A stretch of DNA of 64,000 nucleotides from a virus, in the IMG/VR virus record IMGVR_UViG_3300005690_000022, positions 1,653-65,652 of that record. One strand, written 5' to 3'. The position numbers were made by a program, and so were the translations under genes. Below are positions 49,670 through 57,279 of this stretch, in pieces. Position 1 is the first letter of the stretch, and each line of letters starts with the position of its first letter. The notes under the pieces were generated by a model. That model made no database searches, was not told where the DNA came from, and was given only the letters and a program-made list of their open reading frames with translations.

Positions 49670-50023
49670 TTGAGGGGTTTAGTGAGTTGTGTTTGTGGAG
49701 AAAATGATCCTGAAAAAATGATGTCGAGAGGTAATGCTCGAAAAAGCAAAACTCTTTGCAAACTTTGCCACAATCAGCAAACAATAGCCCGTGGACGAGA
49801 AAACAGAAAACAATACCTCCTTTACAAAGGAGGAAAGTGTGAAAGGTGTGGGTATAAAGCGTGTCAAGACGCACTTGAGTTCCATCATCAAAATCCAAAA
49901 GAAAAAGATCCGACCTTTAAAAGTGTCCGTTATTGGGGTTTTGAGAAAGCTAAATTTGAATTAGATAAATGCTTGTTGCTTTGCTCGAATTGTCATCGAG
50001 AAAAACATGCAGGTATTTGGTAA
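49670..50023 (+). CDS. HNH endonuclease (start uncertain)
   Basis: CERCG..ALEFHH..ELDKCLLLCSNCHREKH. Confidence 0.85.
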   Translation: MRGLVSCVCGENDPEKMMSRGNARKSKTLCKLCHNQQTIARGRENRKQYLLYKGGKCERCGYKACQDALEFHHQNPKEKDPTFKSVRYWGFEKAKFELDKCLLLCSNCHREKHAGIW

Positions 50024-50025
50024 AT

Positions 50026-50100
50026 GGGACTATGGCGCAATGGGAGCGCAGATGCTTTGCAAGCATAAGGTTGTCAGTTCGAATCTGACTAGTTCCACCA
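50026..50100 (+). tRNA. tRNA-Ala(TGC), second copy
   Basis: ATGC-TTTGCAA-GCAT, G3:U70, CCA. Confidence 0.88.
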
Positions 50101-50101
50101 A

Positions 50102-50136
50102 GTGGGTTATCGGTTCAAGTCCGTTTTGATCCACCA
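50102..50136 (+). pseudogene. Orphan tRNA 3' fragment
   Basis: T-arm ATCGG-TTCAAGT-CCGTT plus TTGATCCACCA with no 5' half adjacent. Confidence 0.6.
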
Positions 50137-50143
50137 ATGTTTT

Positions 50144-50228
50144 GCTCCTATGGCGGAACTGGCAGACGCGCCTGACTCAAAATCAGGTTCCTTCGGGAGT
50201 CCCGGTTCGAACCCGGGTGGGAGTACCA
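50144..50228 (+). tRNA. tRNA-Leu(CAA)
   Basis: CCTGA-CTCAAAA-TCAGG, long variable arm, CCA. Confidence 0.92.
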
Positions 50229-50285
50229 ACGACAATCAGCTCGCTCGGGATAAGAGGTTCGAATCCTCTCTGGTTGTTGATTTAT

Positions 50286-50332
50286 TGCGGGGTGGTGTAC
50301 TAGTTGCATATTTGGCTCATAACCAAATGACG
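50286..50332 (+). pseudogene. 5' two-thirds of tRNA-Met(CAT), cut off by HNH gene
   Basis: TGCGGGG..D arm..TTTGG-CTCATAA-CCAAA with no T arm following. Confidence 0.7.
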
Positions 50333-50336
50333 TGGA

Positions 50337-50687
50337 GTGAATTACACTACGCTTGTGCCATACAAAGACAAACAAAGAAACACAGAGTGTAAACTTCGGC
50401 ATATGAAAAAGAACGCCGAATACTACAAACGGAAGCGTGATGAACATCGAAAAGTGATCAGAACATTTCTGAACGATTTGAAGAAATGTTCATCGTGTGA
50501 GTTTTGTGGCGAAAGTCACGAGGCGTGTTTGGTCTTTCATCACAAAGACCCGGAAGAAAAAGACGGAAATATTGCCAACGCTATTACTTATGGATGGAGC
50601 TTGGCAAGACTAAAATCTGAAATAGAAAAATGTCAAGTTTTATGTGCAAACTGTCATATGAAGTTGCACTTTGAAGCGGGGATATAG
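50337..50687 (+). CDS. HNH endonuclease (start may be GTG 50355)
   Basis: CEFCG..LVFHH..EIEKCQVLCANCHMKLH. Confidence 0.85.
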   Translation: MNYTTLVPYKDKQRNTECKLRHMKKNAEYYKRKRDEHRKVIRTFLNDLKKCSSCEFCGESHEACLVFHHKDPEEKDGNIANAITYGWSLARLKSEIEKCQVLCANCHMKLHFEAGI

Positions 50688-50763
50688 GGCTGTTGGTAGG
50701 CTCGGCGTGGCTCATAACCACGAGGTGAAAAACCGTGTGGGTTCAATTCCCACTCCCGCACCA
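50675..50763 (+). tRNA. tRNA-Met(CAT), atypical 5' end and long variable arm
   Basis: CGTGG-CTCATAA-CCACG; TCCCGCACCA end. Confidence 0.7.
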
Positions 50764-50840
50764 AATTACCGTTCACCGGGGCAGTTCCGGCGACCGCATC
50801 CAAATTCTGAGCTTCCTTGTGAAGCTTGAAAACTGAATAT

Positions 50841-50924
50841 TGGGGAGTAGCATAAAGGTAATGCGACAGGCTGTTAACCTGTGCCTTGAAAGAGGCTATG
50901 TAGGTTCGATTCCTTCCTCCTCAG
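50841..50924 (+). tRNA. tRNA-Asn(GTT) with long variable arm
   Basis: ACAGG-CTGTTAA-CCTGT then GCCTT-GAAA-GAGGC. Confidence 0.8.
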
Positions 50925-51101
50925 CTACGTGTTGAGTGATATCAACTAGTAGGGTTTGTGCTCAAATTACCCTATGAAGAAGGGACTAATCATCCTAAAA
51001 ACAGAGCCCTTCTTCGGGTAGAAGCTCGACGGAGAACGAGTATAGGTTTATTGAACTGGAGACATTTAGTCTAAGAAAGTGATAAATCATTCTCTAGTTT
51101 T

Positions 51102-51176
51102 GGGTCGTTAGCTCAATGGATAGAGTACCCGGCTACGAACCGGGAGATAGAGGTTCAAGTCCTTTACGACCTGCCA
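51102..51176 (+). tRNA. tRNA-Arg(ACG)
   Basis: CCCGG-CTACGAA-CCGGG, CCA. Confidence 0.92.
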
Positions 51177-51323
51177 TTTCTCGAAAGAGAAAGTAGTTGT
51201 CTAGAAAAAAAAGATGAGTCCAAATAGGACTAGGTTCGTCAACTTGATTGACTTACCGATGAATAATATAGTATATTTGTTTAACATCGAGCTGACTTCA
51301 TAACAAAATTTATGAAGTCAAAT

Positions 51324-51408
51324 GGGGATGCGGCAACGTTGGAGTGTTGCGGCGGTCTGTAAAACCGTTTCTTTTGAATAGTAGGTTCGAATCCTTCCAT
51401 CCTCACCA
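51324..51408 (+). tRNA. tRNA-Tyr(GTA)
   Basis: GCGGT-CTGTAAA-ACCGT, CCA. Confidence 0.88.
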
Positions 51409-51409
51409 A

Positions 51410-51610
51410 GCCCTTGAAGTTCAAAAGGAAGAGCACCGGAAAAACGAAGCCGGACCGTAAATGGCATCTAGACACCTACCTATGGTAGGGAAACCTAAAG
51501 GTTGCGGATGCACCGAATGGCACTGAGGACCAGGGTCGCTAGGGAAGCGCGTTTCCTAATTCTAGGTTTTGGTTTAGGTGGTGGAAGTTCGAGTCTTCCC
51601 AGGGGCACCA
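51410..51610 (+). ncRNA. tRNA-like RNA with about 125-nt insert in anticodon arm
   Basis: GCCCTTG/CAGGGGC-ACCA acceptor, GTTC/GAGC D-stem, GGAAG-TTCGAGT-CTTCC T-arm. Confidence 0.7.
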
Positions 51611-51900
51611 ACAATTTTGAATCATGTCGAAATTTCTCTTTTATGATGGGAAGGCAAAACATGATGGTTTTTCTGACGTACCAATGAAACATTCGGCGAA
51701 CCTGATCAGCAGTCGGTCTGTTTCATAAACAGAGGTGAGCTACAGCCTGCCACGGCGAACAGAGTGTAGTACAATTTCTGAAAAACAATGAAACCAACCC
51801 ATAGGTGTCCAAGCGGACTCCTCGAAAGAGGAATAAAAACAGTGAACTGTAGAGTTTGCTAGGAGTAGCGTCCTTGAAGAATTGGTAAGTTGTTTTGTTT

Positions 51901-51975
51901 GCCTGCTTCGTTCAATGGCTAGGACACCAACCTCGTAAGTTGGATATATCGGTTCGAATCCGATAGTGGGCTCCA
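51901..51975 (+). tRNA. tRNA-Thr(CGT)
   Basis: CCAAC-CTCGTAA-GTTGG, CCA. Confidence 0.9.
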
Positions 51976-51992
51976 AATTATAGTTTCCTTTC

Positions 51993-52067
51993 GCGGGTGT
52001 AACTCAATGGTAGAGTGCCAGCCTTCCAAGTTGGTTGTTGTGGGTTCGAGTCCCATCGCCCGCTCCA
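51993..52067 (+). tRNA. tRNA-Gly(TCC)
   Basis: CCAGC-CTTCCAA-GTTGG, CCA. Confidence 0.92.
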
Positions 52068-52287
52068 ATAAATAGTAGCAAAAGCGATTTTGATGGATTG
52101 CTACCAATTGGTTCGAATCCTGTCGCTCGTACCAAACTTGGGACTCTTTGTGGATTTTGTCCTAAAATGAAATCCACTCCGCGTTGACTTGGATAAAAGT
52201 CAACCAGTGATACAGACACTAAAAACTGTAATAGTTCTAGGAAAACCTCAAGAATTTTCCTAGGCGTGAGGTAAAGACCTCAACTAT

Positions 52288-52363
52288 TCGAGAGTAGCTC
52301 AATTGGTAGAGCGCCGGGCTCTGAACTCGGTGGTTATAGGTTCAAGTCCTGTCTCTCGAACCA
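52288..52363 (+). tRNA. tRNA-Gln(CTG)
   Basis: CCGGG-CTCTGAA-CTCGG, CCA. Confidence 0.9.
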
Positions 52364-52459
52364 TTTCGGTGAGGTAAGCCTTACTAAGGCTAATGAGTAA
52401 ATGAAAAATCCTTCTTGATGCAACTCCAAACCTTGCCAACAATTCATTCTCGTTCCATC

Positions 52460-52563
52460 GGTGGGGTAGCTCATAAGTTAGAGCAATACGTTGAAGGTAA
52501 ATACGAACGAGATTTTTTGACGACGTAATAAGGATATTGGTGCAAATCCAATCCCCACTGCCA
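52460..52563 (+). ncRNA. tRNA-like RNA with elongated anticodon arm
   Basis: GGTGGGG/CCCCACT-GCCA, GCTC/GAGC D-stem, ATTGG-TGCAAAT-CCAAT T-arm, about 45-nt anticodon region. Confidence 0.7.
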
Positions 52564-52570
52564 AATTTTT

Positions 52571-52607
52571 TCGGGGTTCGTCTAATGGTAAGACAAAAGG
52601 CTTTGAA
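52571..52607 (+). pseudogene. 5' half of tRNA-Gln(TTG)
   Basis: TCGGGGT-TCGTCTAATGGTAAGAC-AAAAGG-CTTTGAA, then HNH sequence. Confidence 0.7.
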
Positions 52608-52721
52608 TATTCATGGAAATCAATAGAAAAAGAAATTAAAAAATGTCAGATTCTTTGTTCAAACTGTCACAAAAGAAAGACAGCTAGAGAACAAAATTGG
52701 TATCTAAATATTCAGGAGTAG
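52608..52721 (+). pseudogene. HNH endonuclease C-terminal remnant
   Basis: YSWKSIEKEIKKCQILCSNCHKRKT...IQE-stop; not in the ORF track. Confidence 0.8.
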
Positions 52722-52787
52722 CTCAATGGTTAGAGTCCCAGACTTTGAATCTGGTTGTTGTAGGTTCGAATCCTACCTCCTGAACCA
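52712..52787 (+). tRNA. tRNA-Gln(TTG)
   Basis: CCAGA-CTTTGAA-TCTGG, CCA. Confidence 0.92.
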
Positions 52788-52794
52788 AATAGCT

Positions 52795-52864
52795 GCAAAC
52801 TATGCAAATGGTGTGCATCCGGACTCCAATCCGGAAGAAGAGGGTTCGATCCCCTTTGTTTGTA
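52795..52864 (+). tRNA. Degenerate Gly-like tRNA with 6-nt anticodon loop
   Basis: TCCGGA-CTCCAA-TCCGGA; GGGTTCGATCCC; no encoded CCA. Confidence 0.45.
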
Positions 52865-53242
52865 GTTGTTTTTTTGAACCAGTTCTTTCGGTATCTTGAT
52901 TGAGAATTGGATAGGAGTCCTTTCTCCGGAAAGATATGCAAGGGACTAATGTTTATAGCGCGTAAGCATTAATTTCTTTGCCGAACCCATACAAAAGAAG
53001 CATGTAGAATGAGCGACTAATTGCTGTCGAGGTGGCACTCGACAACAGAGTAAAACTTTCTACAAAATGCTTTTATAAAAAGGTTCCTTTGCCAGAGTAG
53101 CGGAAGAGCAATACTAACTTCGCAAAGTTTCGTTTTCATAAAACTTTGCTTGATAATGACAGCGAAGTCTGTCATTATGATGATGTACCGTGGAAATCAT
53201 CCACCGACGCAAACCAACAATACTGTTGAGAGGCGTCACCAT

Positions 53243-53318
53243 GTCCATGTCTTCTAACGGTTAGGAAACCTGCCTTTCAAGCAGGACAATGTCGGTTCGA
53301 ATCCGTCCGTGGACGCCA
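53243..53318 (+). tRNA. tRNA-Glu(TTC)
   Basis: CCTGC-CTTTCAA-GCAGG, CCA. Confidence 0.9.
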
Positions 53319-53591
53319 CAATTCATAGTTTACACAGCGCAAACCAGCAATAAGGCTGAGAGGCGCAAAATTAAAAGAACGATTTTTCTTAATTTGGTCG
53401 TTCTTCAAACGTTGAGGAAATTAAGAGCATAGCGGCGACCTCAACCGCCATTTCTTCTTTTCTTTGTTGAAAGATAAAACTGGAAACAAAGATGGTAAGA
53501 CCCGAACTTCTATTTCAAGTAATATTAGGTGGGTCGAGTGCATGGCGTGGGAGCTCAATTTGCGAGCGTAGGGGGCTGATGCACAAAACAT

Positions 53592-53664
53592 TGTAGTGTA
53601 CTCTAATTGGTAAGAGACTTGACTGTTAATCAAGGATATGAAGGTTCGAAGCCTTCCGCTACAG
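53592..53664 (+). tRNA. tRNA-Asn(GTT)
   Basis: CTTGA-CTGTTAA-TCAAG. Confidence 0.88.
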
Positions 53665-53912
53665 CCTAAGTACAGAAGTTCGTCCTAAACTTCTATACGA
53701 ATGCAGAGTTTCTGTGGGTAAGTGATGTTCGCGACTTCATGAGTTCACAGAGAAAAAGGACTTAGTTTAGGTGAGGAGTGCTACTCACTAAACGGAAAGT
53801 GATTATTGTCGTGGAGCACTACAAAGGAATATGTTTGGGAACTTGTTGAGCCCTTGGGGTTACAAACATATTAGTAGACTTACCTTATTAATTGAGAACA
53901 AGGGTTCAATCT

Positions 53913-53987
53913 GGCTCTATAGTTAAACGGATATAACACATCCCTTCTAAGGATAAGTTCCTAGTTCGATTCTAGGTGGAGCTGCCA
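53913..53987 (+). tRNA. tRNA-Arg(TCT)
   Basis: ATCC-CTTCTAA-GGAT, CCA. Confidence 0.88.
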
Positions 53988-54349
53988 CGTTCTTCATAGT
54001 GTCGTAATCTGTGACAGTTTGAACAAATTAAAACACACTTATCAAGCTCAGGAAGAATTTTATTCCAACTCTTCAAACGAAGTTTTGTCCATTCAAAATC
54101 CTTCTTGCTTGGTTCTAGGTGATGGAAGTCAAAAATAACATAAGATATATTAGGATATGATATACCACAATCGACACATTGAGAACCTTTATAAATTATA
54201 GCTTCAATTTTTCTCTTTTGCCATCTTTCAACACAATATTGATTGAAGCACTCTCGACAAGAGGAAGATTTTCTTCCTTTGTGATTTTTTTGGTAAAATT
54301 CGTTTAAGTTTTTCTGTTTGTTGCACTTAGTGCATGTTTTAGTTTCCAT
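53972..54349 (-). CDS. HNH endonuclease
   Basis: CTKC..CREC..CVDCG..FDFHH..ELDKCVLICSNCHRLRH. Confidence 0.88.
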   Translation of the reverse strand: METKTCTKCNKQKNLNEFYQKNHKGRKSSSCRECFNQYCVERWQKRKIEAIIYKGSQCVDCGISYPNISYVIFDFHHLEPSKKDFEWTKLRLKSWNKILPELDKCVLICSNCHRLRHYEERGSST

Positions 54350-54400
54350 GTTTATAAGTATAGGTAGAAAACATCTTTCTATCCAACTTTACTAAAGTTT

Positions 54401-54548
54401 GAAAAGTAATCAGTCAACACCCCCGGTCCGGGCGACCGCGGGCTCGCTCGGGCGAATCGTCTCCACGTCGACGCCGACTATTCACGCGAGCTTTAGTGCC
54501 CTTCTGGGGGTCGGTGCGATGCGCTGTTGATCCTGATTACTTACTTTC
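54401..54548 (+). ncRNA. Rod-like GC-rich ncRNA (6S-like candidate)
   Basis: Nested inverted repeats AAGTAATCAG/CTGATTACTT, TCAACA/TGTTGA, CCCCC/GGGGG, GGGC/GCCC, GCTCGC/GCGAGC. Confidence 0.6.
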
Positions 54549-54625
54549 AGGGTGTAATATCAATCTGGTAGATGGCTCCGTTCGGATCGGAGAGGTTGTA
54601 GGTTCAAGTCCTATCACCCTGACCA
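54548..54625 (+). tRNA. tRNA-Pro(CGG)
   Basis: CTCCG-TTCGGAT-CGGAG, CCA. Confidence 0.88.
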
Positions 54626-54651
54626 TTTCTTTCTTTCCTTCTTTACCTCTT

Positions 54652-54771
54652 GGGGCTGTAGCATAAAGAAGGTTTTCTGTTTTTCATATCTGAATGGATT
54701 AGAGAAACAACATGTAAGTGCGGCTCTAAACGATAGAGCATGAATGAGGTGAAAAGCCTCCAGCCCCACCA
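54652..54771 (+). ncRNA. tRNA-like RNA with expanded D arm
   Basis: GGGGCTG/CAGCCCC-ACCA; GCA/TGC stem enclosing a hairpin; GCTCT-AAACGAT-AGAGC; T-loop TGAAAAG. Confidence 0.65.
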
Positions 54772-54775
54772 ATTA

Positions 54776-54892
54776 TGCGAGTTAGTGTAAAACCTAATCT
54801 AAGTCAAAGACGAATGAGCTTTGTTGAATATTAGTGGAGCACGTCCCCATGCTTGAAGGGGAAGATATGGTGAAAACCCATGCTCGCGCCCA
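54776..54892 (+). ncRNA. tRNA-like RNA with expanded D arm
   Basis: TGCGAGT/GCTCGCG-CCCA; GTGT/GCAC enclosing a CTAAT/ATTAG hairpin; TCCCC-9nt-GGGGA; T-loop TGAAAAC. Confidence 0.6.
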
Positions 54893-54924
54893 ATTTTCCA
54901 TTTCTTTGTGAAATGGTTATTAGT

Positions 54925-54999
54925 GCCTTCATAGTATAAAGGTTATTACCCTCCCTTGGTAAGGGAGTAATTCCGGTTCGAGTCCGGATGAGGGCTCCA
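54925..54999 (+). tRNA. tRNA-Thr(GGT)
   Basis: CTCCC-TTGGTAA-GGGAG, CCA. Confidence 0.92.
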
Positions 55000-55040
55000 A
55001 CGTTTCTTGAAAATCCCCCAAAACCTGATATAGTGAAGGT

Positions 55041-55628
55041 ATGCGACAGAAGAAGCAAAAGTGGATTCCGACCGAGCAAGAAATGATCGAAACCATTCGG
55101 TCGTTTGATAAACTGGTTCTAAGGAACCAAAATCTAACGGATGAAGAACTTTCTCGTTTCGAAGAAATGCCTGAGTATGTCAAGTTGCATAAGGCAGAAA
55201 ACTTCTTTCATTGCCGAGGGATGCGTCGAGTAAATACTACGTCTCATGAGAAGGGACTGCGTGACCTCGAACGTGCTTCGCTTTTGCGAGAATATCTTGC
55301 AGAAGTTTCTGCTTTTTATGCAGCTCGCGTTTGTGAGTTTCGTGAGATGGATAGTTGGACTTTCAACTACCTCTCTCCTTTCATGCGATGGTTTCAAGAG
55401 GACCAGAAGAAGTTTTTGATTTCGATCATTCCTTTTGACCTTGAGCATTTTGGAAAGGTCTTTTGTTATTCTGGTGAACAAAGACAATATTTGTTGCACC
55501 TTGCTGCATCTGGCAGCCTTCCAGCAGAAATTGCTGGAATGTTGACGCATCACGAAGTTCTTGTAGATCCTTGGATCTGGAAGGAACGAAGAAAGATTGA
55601 AAAGTCCCTGGCTTCTGTTGTTGAATGA
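55041..55628 (+). CDS. Hypothetical protein (leaderless)
   Basis: 195 aa; ATG 7 nt after TATAGT. Confidence 0.65.
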   Translation: MRQKKQKWIPTEQEMIETIRSFDKLVLRNQNLTDEELSRFEEMPEYVKLHKAENFFHCRGMRRVNTTSHEKGLRDLERASLLREYLAEVSAFYAARVCEFREMDSWTFNYLSPFMRWFQEDQKKFLISIIPFDLEHFGKVFCYSGEQRQYLLHLAASGSLPAEIAGMLTHHEVLVDPWIWKERRKIEKSLASVVE

Positions 55629-55656
55629 GTTTGAAGAGGAATGTTTCCTCTTCTTT

Positions 55657-55746
55657 GGAAGGTACGGTGCATGGCGCACAAGCCGCCTCGAAAGCGGTCG
55701 CGCCGCCTAATAAGCGGCGGGGGTTCGATTCCTCTACCTTCCTCCA
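55657..55746 (+). tRNA. tRNA-Ser(CGA)
   Basis: GCCGC-CTCGAAA-GCGGT, long variable arm, CCA. Confidence 0.88.
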
Positions 55747-56034
55747 TCTTTCTAAGAATTAGATATGATTTTGACCTCCAAAGAAATAGAACGTATTCTC
55801 AAATGGGCATATGCTTGGGATATCGAAGTCGGTTTGTCTGACGAAGACAAGAAAATCAAGAAAAAGCTCGAAGAAGAGATTGAAACACCTTCTCTTTCCA
55901 AGAAAAGATAGAGCAATGCCTTCGATGAAATATGAACCACCCGACGGTTCTCCTTCTCTTATAAACTTTCTAGGCATCTTGATAATCTTTATCTTGTGTG
56001 TTTGGGGTTGTTTAGGATTTCCATGATAAAACAT

Positions 56035-56109
56035 GGCTCTGCACATTGGATATGTAGGTTCGTTTCATACGCGACACCTCGTAAGGTTCGAGTCCTTCCA
56101 GAGCCACCA
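56035..56109 (+). tRNA. tRNA with CAT anticodon (Met or Ile2)
   Basis: TCGT-TTCATAC-GCGA; GGCTCTG/CAGAGCC; CCA. Confidence 0.75.
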
Positions 56110-56126
56110 ATCATTGAGTTGTGAGT

Positions 56127-56435
56127 ATGGCGTTGAATAAAACAATTTACTTTCTTCATGATTACAACTGGATCAAGGGAACACTAATTTCTGTTGGTAA
56201 AGTCAACAACAAGATTTTGGCACCCTTTCCGTCTGCTCAAACAAATGTCTTTTATATAAAGAAAGACAAGTGTGCATTTGAAAATGAACTTGTTTGCGTT
56301 GTTTGGGAAAGTTGGAAAGGACGAAACGGGCGTGGAGGATATCGCTTAGAAAAAGTTCTATATCCTCAACATCGTATACCGGCAAAGGATGTGTCTTATC
56401 AGCCCGGAATGGGGCAGGGTCGGGTAGTAGAATGA
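56127..56435 (+). CDS. Hypothetical protein
   Basis: VCVVWESWKGRNGRGGYRLE. Confidence 0.6.
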   Translation: MALNKTIYFLHDYNWIKGTLISVGKVNNKILAPFPSAQTNVFYIKKDKCAFENELVCVVWESWKGRNGRGGYRLEKVLYPQHRIPAKDVSYQPGMGQGRVVE

Positions 56436-56648
56436 ACATGGTTCTCCCAAGTTCCCTTGCATTTATCCACAATCTCTTGAAGTTCATGAAGCTAAAATCT
56501 CCTCACTTGAGGATGAAGATGGACTTATTGAAATTCAATTCATTGAACCCGGTGGACATAAAAGCTCTACTTTGGTAGAGCCAAGACTTCTGTTGAGTTA
56601 TAAACCGCAGTTTGAAAAAACGAACCCTTTCTTTTGAAAGTTTGACTC

Positions 56649-57224
56649 ATGTATAGATCGGATGATGAAGCCAGAATTCGCCGCGAGCTGAATGAGAGCA
56701 AGGAAAAGATTTCTTCCTTGAATAAGGAAGTTCTCTCAAGCCGCAAAACAATTCATGATCTTCACAATCAACTTGCAAAACTCAAAAAGAAGTCTTCCTA
56801 TCTTTCTTGGATTGGTGAGAAGATTGCAGGACTTTGGGATGACCTCAAAGGATTGTTTCCTTACCTTTTGATGGTTGTTGGATTTCTTTTTGTTTGTTAC
56901 CTGATTTATCTTGTTGGTTCTGCAATCAGTGATCATGTTAGTCGCGACCGATATGTCGGAACTATTTCTTCGAAGGAATATCACCCTCCATATACTACGT
57001 ACAACACACAATGTACGACCGTTGGAAAGGTACAATCTTGTCGCCAGGTTCCCGTTCACCATCCTGAAAACTGGACAGTAGACCTTTCGTTCGATAATGA
57101 AATTAGAACGTACTCAATTGAACGAGAACTTTTCGAGGAAATCGAACGCGGTCACTGGCTTTGCTTGCCTGACGCGACCCTAAAGGACTGTAATCACGGT
57201 GTAGACCGAGCAGTTTACCAATGA
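56649..57224 (+). CDS. Membrane protein (coiled coil + TM)
   Basis: Hydrophobic LFPYLLMVVGFLFVCYLIYLVG. Confidence 0.65.
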   Translation: MYRSDDEARIRRELNESKEKISSLNKEVLSSRKTIHDLHNQLAKLKKKSSYLSWIGEKIAGLWDDLKGLFPYLLMVVGFLFVCYLIYLVGSAISDHVSRDRYVGTISSKEYHPPYTTYNTQCTTVGKVQSCRQVPVHHPENWTVDLSFDNEIRTYSIERELFEEIERGHWLCLPDATLKDCNHGVDRAVYQ

Positions 57225-57279
57225 TTTCAAGGGGTTAGCATTACTTGAAAATGGTCGACCCGCATGCTATAGTGTAGGC

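Noticed and set aside
50333..50675. Group I intron around the HNH in tRNA-Met
   Set aside because: The ORF fills nearly all of the interval, leaving no room for a ribozyme core
47065..53633. Minus-strand ORFs in the track (e.g. 47065, 47464, 51281, 52723)
   Set aside because: Antisense translations of tRNA genes (GFEP-type motifs)
54652..54771. tmRNA, because of the GGGGCTG start and CCACCA end
   Set aside because: Only 120 nt, G3-C70 rather than G3:U70, and no tag reading frame
44500..56200. CRISPR array
   Set aside because: The recurring similarity is tRNA T-arm/CCA sequence; no identical repeats with regular spacers
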